Part shown: piece by piece, positions 17,820-29,600 of the stretch
How the letters are laid out: each line of letters starts with the position of its first letter
Numbering within the stretch: position 1 is the stretch's first letter
Assembly: GCA_051889995.1 (NCBI GenBank)
Contig: JBJFDL010000002.1
Location: 145,051-209,050 of the forward strand
Source of the DNA: Christensenellales bacterium
GTDB taxonomy: Bacteria; Bacillota; Clostridia; Christensenellales; UBA1242
Direction: 5' to 3'
Length of the DNA stretch: 64,000 nt
Position numbers and translations under genes: made by a program
The notes under the pieces: model-generated
What the model saw: the letters and a program-made list of their open reading frames with translations, nothing else
What the model was told of the DNA's origin: nothing
Database searches by the model: none

Positions 17820-18455
17820 TCACTTAGCAGTGGGCTTTTTTGTTGGGTTGCAATAAAATTCTAAAAAGTCATTTAAAAATTCAAATAATAGTTGTCTTAT
17901 TAACAATTTTTGGTCGTTCAATGGTTTTATAATTTGTTTTTTGTGTCCTGCATTGTCAACAGAATTTATATTTTCATCATTTATATATTCTTCAAGTTGT
18001 TTCTTTTTAAAATATAATTTTCTATATTTATCTATACTATTTTTAAATTCATTCAAAAACTCACTATATTTAGGGTAAGAATAAAGAATTCTATACATTG
18101 GCTGAGTATAATCAAAACAATCTTCAAATAGTCTTGCGTCAATATATTTCGGGTATTCGGCTACATTGTTCAATGCTAATTCAATAGTTTGATACTCTTC
18201 ATTCAAATTTACATTATCTATTTGATATAAAAAACTAAAAAAAGAAATTGGTTGGTCAAGTTTAGAAGGCTCTGCTACTTTAAGTTTTGATAAAGTGTTT
18301 ATAAATTTTATTACAAAATCAAACTTGAGTTCTACTTTACCTTGTTCAATTTTTTTATAGTTTTCAAGTGACATATTTAATTCTTGTGCCATTTCCCTTT
18401 GGGTTAACTTGTATACTTCATTTCTGTAATCTTGAATAACTTCTTGTGGTGTCAT
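17820..18455 (-). CDS. HTH (XRE-like) regulator with an uncharacterised ~140 aa C-terminal domain
   Basis: N-terminal LTQREMAQELNMSLENYKKIEQGK HTH. Divergent from the xis-orf-int module. Confidence 0.7.
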   Translation of the reverse strand: MTPQEVIQDYRNEVYKLTQREMAQELNMSLENYKKIEQGKVELKFDFVIKFINTLSKLKVAEPSKLDQPISFFSFLYQIDNVNLNEEYQTIELALNNVAEYPKYIDARLFEDCFDYTQPMYRILYSYPKYSEFLNEFKNSIDKYRKLYFKKKQLEEYINDENINSVDNAGHKKQIIKPLNDQKLLIRQLLFEFLNDFLEFYCNPTKKPTAK

Positions 18456-18745
18456 TTATGCTCCTTTAGGGAAAAATATTCCCCTTTAACAGTATGGATT
18501 TTATCGTTTTACTCTACTATTATACTAAAATTTGACCACAAAATCAATAAATATCATTAAAAGTTCCCCTATACCTAAAATTTTTATATTTTAGTGTAGA
18601 ATATAGGTGTTTCGAAACCAATATCGTGTAAGTTCACGGTAATACTCGGGGAATTTGTCTTGAACGATTGTCTTTTATGTCGTGAAAGAGTTTAATAGTT
18701 CTACTCAAATCTCTGAGACAAAAATAAATCAAGGAGGGTTAGCAA

Positions 18746-18937
18746 ATGGGCTACAGAACAATTAACGAATGTTATAAAATCTTACTAAAAAATGATAATG
18801 AAACTTGCATAACTCCATATTTTTTAAGAACACTTTGTAAAAACGGAGTTATAAAAACAATCAATGCAGGTGGCAAATATTTGATAAATATGAAAAGTCT
18901 TTTAGACTATTTAGAATTAGATTACAAGGAGATATAA
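18746..18937 (+). CDS. Excisionase-type small DNA-binding protein (Xis-like)
   Basis: 63 aa. YFLRTLCKNGVIKTINAGGKYLINMKSLLDYL resembles excisionase-family HTH proteins. SD AAGGAGG upstream. Lies upstream of int on the same strand. Confidence 0.6.
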   Translation: MGYRTINECYKILLKNDNETCITPYFLRTLCKNGVIKTINAGGKYLINMKSLLDYLELDYKEI

Positions 18938-18939
18938 AT

Positions 18940-19278
18940 ATGAATAATAATTATAAAATAATACGATTTGAAAGGGACCTTGACATATTCCCTGACTACA
19001 TAATAGTCAAAGTTATGGCAATAGAAAACAGCACAAACTTGATAAGGCTGTTTATTAGTAAGCCATTTATGATAAAAGAAAAATGGGATAAACAACAAGT
19101 GCAGACAAGAGTTGAAATCTTTGTTGATAAGTTTGTCGGTTCAATAGATATAAGGCAAGATTATGACCTTATAGATTTTGACGAGAACTTGAAGTTTACA
19201 CAATGTCAAAATGGCAGATTTTACAATCGCCATTTAATAGACAATAATGGAAAATTAAAAAAAGGAGTGTGGTTTTGA
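18940..19278 (+). CDS. Hypothetical protein (112 aa) in the xis-int module
   Basis: Starts 2 nt after the xis-like stop. Its TGA is separated from the int ATG by one nucleotide (TGATATG). No recognisable motif. Confidence 0.5.
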   Translation: MNNNYKIIRFERDLDIFPDYIIVKVMAIENSTNLIRLFISKPFMIKEKWDKQQVQTRVEIFVDKFVGSIDIRQDYDLIDFDENLKFTQCQNGRFYNRHLIDNNGKLKKGVWF

Positions 19279-19279
19279 T

Positions 19280-20683
19280 ATGGCAACATATAGTAAAAGA
19301 GTGTTACAAGACGGCACAATAAATTATTGTATTCAAACATATATAAGAGATGCAAATGGCAAGAGAATATATAAGTGCACCACTTATAAAAATGAAGATA
19401 ATTTGTCTGGTAAAAAACTAGACAAAGCACTTCATGCTTTTGGTGAAGCATGGGAAGAAAGAATTAAAACAGGTAAAAACAATAAGTATGAAGATTACAC
19501 TTTTAATCAAATGGCTGACTTATGGCTTGACACAAGAAAAGACAATATGTCTAAAAACTATTATGTTAGAGCAAGTGAGTGTTTGGTAAAACTTAAAGCA
19601 TTTTTTGGCAATACAAAATTTTCAGACATAAGAGCCATTCATGTGCAAGACTTTTTTAGAGAGTTGAGTAAATATGAATTTACTACAAAAAAGGCTCGTA
19701 TTAAACCAAATAAATTAGATTATGTAAATAACATTATACTAAAGTATGGTCTTAGAAAAGCCGACAAAGACGGCGAAACAACAAGAGCAACGCTTTATTA
19801 TGCACGAAAAGGCGAAGTCATAAATTATGAAAGTGCTGTTATCATTTGTAAAAAATTTGGTTTTAGATTAAATGAAACTTTTGACATAATAGAAGAAACA
19901 CATAGATATAAAAAAGAAACAATCTTAAAATATCAAAGAGTTTTAAGTGCCATTTTCGCCTATGCAATTAGGTCTGAATTGGTGAAAACAAACTACGCTG
20001 CTAAATACTACACAAAAGATAGTATCGGTGGCGAGAAAGCCAAAGAAATACCTATTTTAGATAATAGTGAGTATGACAGACTTATTGAAACTCTAAACAA
20101 TGATAATGATTTATTTCACACAATCCCCATATATTTACTGGCTACACTTGGTTTAAGAACCTGTGAGGTTTGTGGTTTGCAGTGGCGAGATATAAATTTT
20201 GATAAGAAAACCGTCAGCATAAAAAGAGATAGGACTTATGTCAATAAAGAATTTGGTTGTCAAGTTGATGATACAAAAACAAAGTATTCAAAACGAACTT
20301 TGACAATGTGTGATTTGTTATTAGATAAGTTAAAAGAGTTTAAATCAATTTATGATGAACTTAAAAATGGCGATAAAGAGTTTGACGCAACAAATGACGG
20401 CTTTATATTTTGTGATATAAAAGGTCAACCAGTATTCCCACATCACTTAAACGAAATACTAAAAAAGTATTTGATGATGGCAGATTGTAAAATTGTGTCG
20501 TGCCATAAAATAAGGCATAGTTGGATAACACGCCTTATAAGTAATGGTGCACCTGTAAACATTGTTTCAAAGTTAGCAGGTCATGCTGGAATAGATACGA
20601 CTTTGAAATTATACGCACATTATTACGGCGAATTAGATAACTCACTTGAAATGTTAAATGAGATATTTATAAGTCAAAAATAA
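19280..20683 (+). CDS. Tyrosine recombinase / integrase
   Basis: Catalytic residues in context: GLRTCEVCGLQWRDI (R), HKIRHSW (HxxR), AGHAGIDTTLKLYAHYY (H...Y). Adjacent to a tRNA gene. Confidence 0.88.
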   Translation: MATYSKRVLQDGTINYCIQTYIRDANGKRIYKCTTYKNEDNLSGKKLDKALHAFGEAWEERIKTGKNNKYEDYTFNQMADLWLDTRKDNMSKNYYVRASECLVKLKAFFGNTKFSDIRAIHVQDFFRELSKYEFTTKKARIKPNKLDYVNNIILKYGLRKADKDGETTRATLYYARKGEVINYESAVIICKKFGFRLNETFDIIEETHRYKKETILKYQRVLSAIFAYAIRSELVKTNYAAKYYTKDSIGGEKAKEIPILDNSEYDRLIETLNNDNDLFHTIPIYLLATLGLRTCEVCGLQWRDINFDKKTVSIKRDRTYVNKEFGCQVDDTKTKYSKRTLTMCDLLLDKLKEFKSIYDELKNGDKEFDATNDGFIFCDIKGQPVFPHHLNEILKKYLMMADCKIVSCHKIRHSWITRLISNGAPVNIVSKLAGHAGIDTTLKLYAHYYGELDNSLEMLNEIFISQK

Positions 20684-20720
20684 TAAGAAATTAAAATGTA
20701 AAAACATAAAATTAAAAAAA

Positions 20721-20760
20721 TGGTAGGTATCACATAAAGATAACCTACCATTGACTGTTT
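20721..20760 (+). terminator. Probable terminator downstream of int
   Basis: TGGTAGGT-N14-ACCTACCA hairpin followed by a T-rich tract. Confidence 0.5.
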
Positions 20761-20783
20761 TCTCTTATACAAGAAAACGATTG

Positions 20784-20858
20784 TGGTGTTCCCCGCGGTA
20801 ATCGAAACCACATCTAATCCTTAGGAGGGATTTGTTCTATCCGTTGAACTAGGGGAAC
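20784..20858 (-). tRNA. tRNA-Arg (anticodon CCT), intact, CCA encoded
   Basis: Hand-folded cloverleaf: GTTCCCC-TA-GTTC-AACGGATA-GAAC-A-AATCC-CTCCTAA-GGATT-AGAT-GTGGT-TTCGATT-ACCGC-GGGGAAC-A-CCA. All stems pair, with one G-U in the T stem. Confidence 0.85.
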
Positions 20859-20993
20859 ATATAAAAAGTTATAAAAATTTGGGTTAAAGATGGTAAAAAG
20901 ATGTTTTTTTTGAAAAATACTTTTTCGTCTCGCTACAAAATCGCTAGTAAAATCAATAGTTTTGAGAGATTTTTAGGGTGGATTTAAGGGCGC

Positions 20994-21033
<40 letters not shown>

Positions 21034-21494
21034 TTATTTAGTTTTTTATGTATTTGTTTTGTTTGATTTTGTGTTTAATTAGCTTTTTTCTATGAATTGG
21101 TGCCTTTTCGATTAGATTTGTCGGAAATTTGCCATATTGTTTGTTTTTTGTGAGTTTTGTTGTTCGCTTTAATTCAACAGTAATTCAAACCATATACGAT
21201 ATTGAAATTAATTGCTAAAATTTTTAAATGTTTTATTTTTGAGTAATTAGTAAGTTAATTTTAATTTAATTTTAGCTTAAATCACAAAATACTTTATTTA
21301 TTATATCATATTTTTATTATAAAATCAATTTTTTATTTAAGAGTAAAACATTTTATTTTATTATAAGTTAAAAAATATAAAACGCATTTAATGAAATAAA
21401 TATAAATTTATAAACTTGATAATTCTATTGGCTGATATTTTTTATTTTTATAACTAAATTTAACCTTTCTTAATGATAAATAAATCGATTTTGC

Positions 21495-21522
21495 TTGCAA
21501 AAATTTTATAAAAAAATATAAT
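21495..21522 (+). promoter_or_regulatory. Promoter placed for a leaderless or near-leaderless transcript of the pseudouridine synthase gene
   Basis: -35 TTGCAA, 16-bp spacer, -10 TATAAT ending 6 nt before the ATG at 21529. No SD in between. Confidence 0.45.
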
Positions 21523-21528
21523 TAAAAT

Positions 21529-22245
21529 ATGAGTAAAATGAGATTGGATAAATTTTTATCAAATGCAAAAATTTGCACTAGAAGTGAATGTGTTAATCTG
21601 GTTAAAAAACATTTAATAACGGTTAATGATATATTAGTTAAAAAAAAAGATATATTGATAGATGTCGACAACGATGTTGTTAAAGTTAAAGGTGAAATTG
21701 TTAAAAAAGTGAATTTTATATATTTAATGCTTAACAAACCAAGTGGTTATGTTTCGTCAACAAACGACCCTAGAGATAAAACAGTGCTAGACTTGTTAAG
21801 TGAAGATTACAGAAAATTTAAACTTTTTCCTTGCGGAAGACTAGATAAAGACACTGTAGGTTTAATTATTCTAACAAATGATGGAAAAGCCACTCATGCT
21901 TTACTTTCTCCAAAACATCACGTGAAAAAAGTCTACTATTTTGAGCTTGCAGATGAAATTTCGGAAGAAAAAGCAAAAAGTTTAGAAAAAGGTGTGAAAC
22001 TTGCAGATGGATATATAACAAAACCTTGCGAGGTTAAAATGGAAGGTAAAACATCTGGTTACATAACTTTAACAGAAGGTAAATACCACGAAATAAAAAG
22101 AATGTTTGCCACTTTATCCAACAAAGTAATATATCTTAAAAGAATATCATTTTCTTCAATTATTTTAGATAAAAATCTAAAAGAAGGCGAATATCGAAAA
22201 CTAACCGATGTTGAAGAATCAGTTTTTAAAAACATTATAAAATAA
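21529..22245 (+). CDS. RsuA/RluB-family rRNA pseudouridine synthase
   Basis: S4-like N-terminus (MRLDKFLSN...) and the catalytic-Asp motif GRLDKDTVGLIILTNDG. Confidence 0.85.
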   Translation: MSKMRLDKFLSNAKICTRSECVNLVKKHLITVNDILVKKKDILIDVDNDVVKVKGEIVKKVNFIYLMLNKPSGYVSSTNDPRDKTVLDLLSEDYRKFKLFPCGRLDKDTVGLIILTNDGKATHALLSPKHHVKKVYYFELADEISEEKAKSLEKGVKLADGYITKPCEVKMEGKTSGYITLTEGKYHEIKRMFATLSNKVIYLKRISFSSIILDKNLKEGEYRKLTDVEESVFKNIIK

Positions 22246-22330
22246 TTTTCTTGATAATTAATGTTACCATAAAATCTAATACATTTTAAGAAAAAGGCAT
22301 AATTTTTAATATTATTGCCTTTATTTTTGT

Positions 22331-23533
22331 TTATTTTTTGATTAAAGGTGGTCTATCAAACGAAGATGCAATATCTTTATCGAGTAAATTATTTGCTTTA
22401 AAAACTGCTTTTTTACCTAATTTTTCATTTATGTTTAACACTGCTTTGTCAATATCAAAAATTTCACTTTTCTTTTGAAAAATGTTATAACCTTTAATTC
22501 TATCAAAATTCGTTAGGCTTATTCCCAATTGCCTAACAGCATCTAAATTAAAAAAATTATAAAAAACCTCAACTGCCTTATTCGTAATAACATTTGCGCT
22601 TCTTGTTGGATATTCAAATGATACTTGTTTGGAAAATGTTTGTAATGTTTTATCTTTCGCAAAAACTGTCATAGTGCTAGCATTAATGAGATTATATTTA
22701 ATCATTCTTTTAACTATGCTTTCACTAATAACATTAAACGCTAAAATAATGTCATCTTTTTTAATCAAATCACGTTTAAATGTTGTGCTATTACTAACTG
22801 ATTTTGGTTTTATATAATTTTCATATAATTCTACTTCCCTGTTATCATTTCCATTGGCAAATTCGTATAAATCTCTCCCAACTTTTCCTAAAAGGTTTGA
22901 TAAAAATTCTTTGTTTGCTAATGCTAAATCTTTAATTTTTATTATTCCATATTTTTCAAACTTTTCTTTTAATCTATCCCCTACCCCCACCATTTTATCA
23001 ATACTCAAATCCCAAATCTTTGATTTATAATCATCTTTTGTAACAACACTGATAGCATCTGGTTTCTTAAATTCACTTGCGATTTTAGCAAAAGTCTTAT
23101 TATAACTAATTCCTATCGATAAAGTTAAATTTAATTTATCTTTCACTTCACTTTTTATTTTCTCAGCAATTTCAATTGGAGAACCAAATATTTTGCTATT
23201 AGTTACATCCAAATAGCATTCGTCAATGGAAAATGGTTCAACCCTATCAGTGTATTTTAAATATATTTCTCTGACTTTTCTGGAGTAATCGTTATATAAC
23301 CCAAAATTGGTTTCAAAAACAACTAAATTTGGACATTTTTGTTTTGCTTCAAAAACTAAATCTCCAACATCAACTCCATATGATTTTGCTAGATAGTTTT
23401 TCGCAATAACAACACCCTTCCTTTCTTCTACACTTCCTGCAATGGCAACTGGTAAATTTTTTAAATTTTCGCTTTGTGCTATCTCGCAACTTGCATAAAA
23501 ATTATTTAAATCACATAATAAAATATCTCTCAT
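22331..23533 (-). CDS. dinB: Y-family DNA polymerase IV
   Basis: N-terminal ILLCDLNNFYASCE, SIDECYLDVT, and a little-finger-length C-terminus. Confidence 0.85.
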   Translation of the reverse strand: MRDILLCDLNNFYASCEIAQSENLKNLPVAIAGSVEERKGVVIAKNYLAKSYGVDVGDLVFEAKQKCPNLVVFETNFGLYNDYSRKVREIYLKYTDRVEPFSIDECYLDVTNSKIFGSPIEIAEKIKSEVKDKLNLTLSIGISYNKTFAKIASEFKKPDAISVVTKDDYKSKIWDLSIDKMVGVGDRLKEKFEKYGIIKIKDLALANKEFLSNLLGKVGRDLYEFANGNDNREVELYENYIKPKSVSNSTTFKRDLIKKDDIILAFNVISESIVKRMIKYNLINASTMTVFAKDKTLQTFSKQVSFEYPTRSANVITNKAVEVFYNFFNLDAVRQLGISLTNFDRIKGYNIFQKKSEIFDIDKAVLNINEKLGKKAVFKANNLLDKDIASSFDRPPLIKK

Positions 23534-23569
23534 CTAATATATTTTGTGAAAATTATATTTTTATATTAC

Positions 23570-23606
23570 AAAAAAACTCTAACCTTTTATTTAAGATTAG
23601 AGTTTT
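23570..23606 (-). terminator. Rho-independent terminator of the giant gene
   Basis: AACTCTAA / TTAGAGTT hairpin (23575-23604). A plus-strand A-run at 23570-23576 gives a U-run on the minus transcript. Lies just downstream of the stop at 23622. Confidence 0.7.
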
Positions 23607-23621
23607 CTTTATTAGTTATTC

Positions 23622-26600
23622 TTAAATAATAACACTTGCAGTATATCCTGTTTTGGCAGATTTACTTACATAAATTGAAATTTGTATGTCTGCTCCATTG
23701 TCTTCATTAATTTCAACCGTTGTGGTGCAATTTGTTACAATTGAATTTTGAATTAATGATGAGAAACGCAATTGATATTTTCCTGTTGGAATATTTTCTA
23801 GTCCTACAACTAATTGTTTTTGAGTGGCAACTAGACAATAATTTTTCAAGATGCTTTCATCAATAAATTCAATAACTAAAATCTGCTTATCACTTTCAAT
23901 ATTAGTATCAAACGCAACATTAAATGTTACTTTCGCTCTAAATTCATAAACCTTTTGAAGTCTTGGCAATCCAATTTGTAGGAATGTCCAAACACTTACA
24001 AAATTCCATGTTGAGTAAATGGCATTATTACTATCAATCATATCAGAATATGTCAAACCTACGCCTCGAATTGTTTCGATATCACCCAAAATATTTCGTT
24101 CGTAATAGATATCTTCACTTGTTCCAGTGGCCAAATTGTATGTTGTTCCACAAACAATTAAATTTTCAAAATTTGTTGCATAGATATTTGAATAGTTATA
24201 ACCAAATTGAATTTTTCCACTATTTTTTGCAGAAATACCAGCCACAACATATTCTTCACTATATGCAGTGTTAAGTTTTAGCGTTCCTGTGTTATAAATA
24301 TTTTCAATTTCACCATCGTTTATAGCCGAAATACCAGCTGTTAAAACGGCATTGGAAGTTATTTTTCCTGCATTATATGAACGTAAAATTTTGCCCTTAT
24401 TAATCGCACAAATTCCACCGACGATATTTTCATCGTCATAATTTAGATTCGTTGTAGTGATTGATATATTTGTTGAACAACCAATAATTGTTCCTTTATT
24501 AGTTCCACAAATCGAACCAACTATACTATATCCCATTACGCTTCCGCCAAAGCTAATTGATTGAAGTTTAGCTTTTTCTCCTAAAGTTCTAAACACGCCA
24601 ACATTAGTTTTGCCTAAAATTTGAATATTGCTTAAAGTTAAATCCTCACCAATAATAATTCCATCGAATTCTGTTTCATCAGTTCCAATTGGCATAAAGT
24701 AATGGTCTTTAAAATTGAATTCTGCGTTCTTTTTGCTTAATTTAAAGTATACGTTAGAATAGCTCATTTTCATCACATTAACATTAAATGCCATTGTCAA
24801 GAAGTCATTTCTTGATGTAATCACATAAGGATTTTGTTCTGTTCCTTTACCACTAAATTCTTGCAATGTAAAATATTTAGGTTTATATGTTGTTGTATCA
24901 TCTTCATTAGTTATAATGTCATAATCTAACCAAGTGTCTAATCCACTAAATGTTACCATTATTGTTAAATCACTAGTTAACTTACTAAATACTAATTGAT
25001 TTTTGCTAGATTTATATGTTGAATTATTATAGGTTATCATTATTTCTTTTACTTGGTAATTATCTTCTGCAAGCAAAGTTAATTCAAAACTATCTTCATA
25101 GTTTTTTGTTATTGTGTAAAGTTTACTATAATCTTCATAATCGCTAACAGCTTCTTGCAATTCTTCTGTTGTTTCAAAGCTTCCACCTTGAGTTAAGTAA
25201 ACATTCACTGCAAATTGTTTTTCTTTAATGGTTATAATTATTTTAGCATTTTGATTAGCTCTATATAGATAATAACCATTAATTAAAATAATTTCTTGTT
25301 CTACTTCTTGCCCAAAAACATCTAAAACAACGAAATTTTCAATTTCCAAGTTTTCAGGTAAACCACTTAATTTAAAGTAAACATCGCTGTTAACTTTTGT
25401 TGTTAAAACACCACTTTCAAATTCATAATCTTTTAAACTAATTCCATAACTATATTCTCCGTTAAACTCAAATGTTGTAGTAACTTGAATTTCGGCAGTG
25501 TTAATAGTTATTGTTTTATCAGAATTACAAAGTATAGTGAATTCAATTGTGTTATCTTCATTAATCGTGTAAGTGATATCAATTCCACCTTGTTTTATAC
25601 TAGTTAAAGTTGAACCATTTAAATTAAATTTAACAGTTAAATTATAGTTTCTTAAAACTGCAATATTATTTGTATCTTCTGTGTTGTTTATTACTGAAAT
25701 TTCTGGATTTGTGTTAGAAATTTCAAAATCTGGGAGAAGACTGATTAAACTTACTTCATTTTGATTATATTCAAAACTTATATTTACATAATCAATATCA
25801 AATATTGCTGTAACTTTATATTCTGTTTCGCTTTCAGATTCAACATTATAACTGTTAAACTTATAATCTACAACACTTATCGTTTGAGGTAATATGTTAT
25901 ATAACTCACTCATAACGTTGTCAGTATCTGGTAATTGTATTTCGTAACCATATTCTTTCTTAGTAACATTCGTATAAGATAATAATACGCTATCTAAATT
26001 GATTTCCGTTTCAAATTTAAATGTAATTAAATGCTTAAATATTGCAGTAATATCTATATCGCTTAAAACTTCAATTTCAGCTGTTACATCAGTTACACCA
26101 TTGCTATAACCTTCAAACGAGAAGCCATTGTTCGCTTGCGCTTTAATTTTAAAGACGGTTCCACTTAAAACATCAGAGTAAATTTTGCTTGTTAAAACAT
26201 CTTCGTTTACATCAATACCATTAATTGAAAGAATTGTTATTTTTCCACCATTAATATCATTAACATTAAACATAACGGTATATTGCTTCAATTCTGTAAT
26301 TACTTTGATTTCGTTATAGTTTTTAGTGATATCAGCAGAATTAAGAACAACTTTTGTTATTGAAGAAATAGCAATATCATTTAATTGAATTTCTGCTAAT
26401 TTATATTGAGATGTTTCTTCATTAATTATTGCTACACTTACAGCAATTTGCGCTGGAGTTTTAACAATAATCAAGTTATTATTTACAATATAATTACTTA
26501 AATTTATTTCTTTGATTTCAACAATGCTGTCATCATAAATAAGTTTATAAACATAATTACCAATATTAATTAAAGCAGGTAAAACAAATTGTTCATTCAT

Positions 26601-29600
26601 AATATTTGCATTATCGATAAACCAAATCTCTGCAGAAATATTTTCATTAGACATAAATGCTTCAACTTGACTATTCAATTCAGCACTAGATAAATCAAAT
26701 TTTGTTAAGTTAATGCAACTTGAATTGTTAACATTAATTAAATCTAAACCAATAGTGTATAAATTTTTGATTACACCGTTGTTTTCGAATATTAATGTTC
26801 CGTTGTTTGCAATAAAGTAAGCATTTGACAAAATTGTTTCATTTAACACCTTATCTATTACATATTTTGCTGTTGTTATATCAATTTGTATGTAGAACTT
26901 ATCTCCGGAAATGTTTGTGATTATTCTTGTTTCATTATTTGTTAAGTTAATATATACAAGGTTTTCGAAAGCAACATTATTTATTTCTAGGTTGTTAAAA
27001 ATTTTATCTTTATTTATTACAACCATATTAGAAATTATATAACCATTTCCATTAATTTTTATTGAATTTGTTAAGGCAACATCTAATATGTAACCTTTCA
27101 TATCAATGTTATCTGTTAAATTAATTGTAATATCTTCATTTAAAGATAGTAAATAATTTAATTCTTCAACGCTTGAAGCTGGATAGATATCTCCATCCTT
27201 TGTAACAACGCTAGTGTTTTTAGAAATAAGGTGCTTATCTTGGCAAGCATTAAAGGTTAATGCATTTCCATTAAGTATTAATTTACTTTCTAAAATACTA
27301 ATGTTATTTGTATTTTCTGTTGTTTGGTCTTTGCAAATTAAATATAAATCATAGTTATCTTCGCTAATTTCAAGGTTAATATCAACAATAAAGTGTAATA
27401 TTATGTTTTCAATTATACCTGTGTTTTGTAGTGCAACTGCACTTAAAACGAATTTATCGACTTTAATAGCATTATCTAGTGCCGTTAATTTTTCAACAAC
27501 AGTTAAATTTTTAATTGTTCCATTATTGTTTCCAAATAATGAAAGAGTTCTTTCAACTAAACCGTTACTATTTATTAGATTATTGCTTGAAATGCAATTA
27601 TCAAGATAAATTACATAACCATTGCCATCAAACACCCCATTAAAGTTCTCTAAATAAATATCTTTATCTTCAATTTTAATGTTTTTAGTTAATTTATAAT
27701 AAGTTTTTCTTGTTGCATTCTTTTCTATTATTGTGAATAGCTTAAATTCTTCTGCATTTGAAATTTGGTATGGATTTGCTAAAGTTCCAAATCCGTTAAG
27801 TGTAGCCACTTCAAGTCTTTCATAATAAGCGTATAAATCTATACTTGTTGTATATGTAAATAAACTGTTCTTATTTAACATATAACCTTGTCTATCTTTT
27901 TGCGTGAAGAATCCAACAAAGTTGTATCCATTCACTGCGTCAAGCATGATTAAATTTGAAAGCACTTCGTTATATGTGCAATCTATTGTTTTTACAACGT
28001 TAGAATACTCATCTAAATTATGATATATTCTTGCTTGTAATTTTGATGGAGATAATTTTACATATAACTTTAAGTCGCCAGATGAATTTGTCTTTATTTC
28101 TTCGATTTTATTTACAAATTTTTCATCTAAATACCAGCCTTCAAACTCGTAGCCTAATTCTTGATAATGTTGAAGTGTTATTGTTTCACTTTCATAAGTA
28201 TATGTTTTTGGATACTTTGCAGGATTTAGTTGCGATGTAATTTCGTTTATTTCATTAGAAATGTTTGTATAATACTGAATATTATATTCTTTGCATTCAA
28301 TATTTGCTATTATTATTGCATCATTAATATATTTACTTATAAGTATTGTTGTATCCGTGTTGCAAGAAATTTCTAATGTTGTGTCATTAGTTGAATATTC
28401 TTTAAAGTTTGCAAATGAATTTACAACAGTTGAAACTTTGATTATTTGGCCTTCTTTGGCAAATAATGTATAGCCTAAAATATTACCATTAATATCTTTA
28501 TATTCTTCGTATGAAATATTACTATTATCTGCCAAGTATTTAAAGTTATTATTTATATATCCAAGTTTTGTATTATTAACAATAACTGATAATTTGACAA
28601 TATGATATTCAAATTTTGCAACAATAGTCTTTTGTGTTAAATCATCAAAGTATATATTAGTTAAATATTTATAATCATCTATTAACACACCATTTTCATC
28701 ACTAATTTGAAGATCTGTGTTCGTATCAAGTAAAACACTATTGTTTGTTGATAAATAATATCCTTTAAATAAGAAGTTTTCCAATTTTACGATAGGCAAA
28801 TTACCAATTATGCTATTAAATTGGATTGATTTTGTTAATGTGTTTGTTTCTGTAACTTCAATAAATCCTTCATAATTATCTATTATTCCATCACTAATAA
28901 CAAGAGTAAAGTCAATGTTATTAAATTCAAATTTTTGAATTAATGTGATATTAGCTTGATATATAAAATCTTCAGTTTTTTGTCCGTATCTGTCGATAAC
29001 CAATATACCACTATCTTCGTTGTTAATTTGCAATGTATATCCCACAAATGTAGCAAATCTTAAGTCTTTTTGAGTTATCGTTGGAACAGGTATTACAAAA
29101 TTATCAATATCACTAATAGTTAAACTAGCACTTGAATTAAATGTTTCAGGATTTGTCCAGAAATCTTGAATTCCAACATATGATTGAGGATATACAAACG
29201 CACTGTCTACATTGGATTTTATTATAACATCTATTTGATTTAAATATAATGCATAAACATCTAATGTATATGTGCTACCATTTTTGTAATAAGTATCATA
29301 ATTTCTAACATCAGGCATAGATAATGGCAATTCAAATTTAATTGTGTAACTTTCATCTAAATATAATCCGACGAATTTATTTCCACCATCTGCATAAAGG
29401 CTAGCATCAAACGTGTAGTCTTCAACTGTTAATGTTTTAACACTATTTGTTCCTTTAAAGATGTTTATTTTATATGTATTTGCTTCTTTAATAGGAGTAA
29501 TAGTGCCATTTTTTGTGATTGTAGTTTGATTTTCAGTGTCATCAAAACTATACCCCATAAATGTGTAATCGCCATCTATTGTTAACACAGGTAATGCATC

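Noticed and set aside
21045-21494. Long AT-rich intergenic region between the tRNA fragment and the pseudouridine synthase gene, inspected for small genes, RNAs or repeats.
   Set aside because: Only homopolymer-rich AT sequence and plausible promoter-like hexamers were seen. There is no ORF with an SD and no convincing secondary structure or repeat.
23622-23700. Looked for a C-terminal LPXTG sortase signal plus hydrophobic tail, or other wall anchor, on the giant protein.
   Set aside because: The C-terminus (...SKSAKTGYTASVII) has no LPXTG-like motif followed by a TM and basic tail. Anchoring is therefore inferred to rely on the N-terminal helix only.
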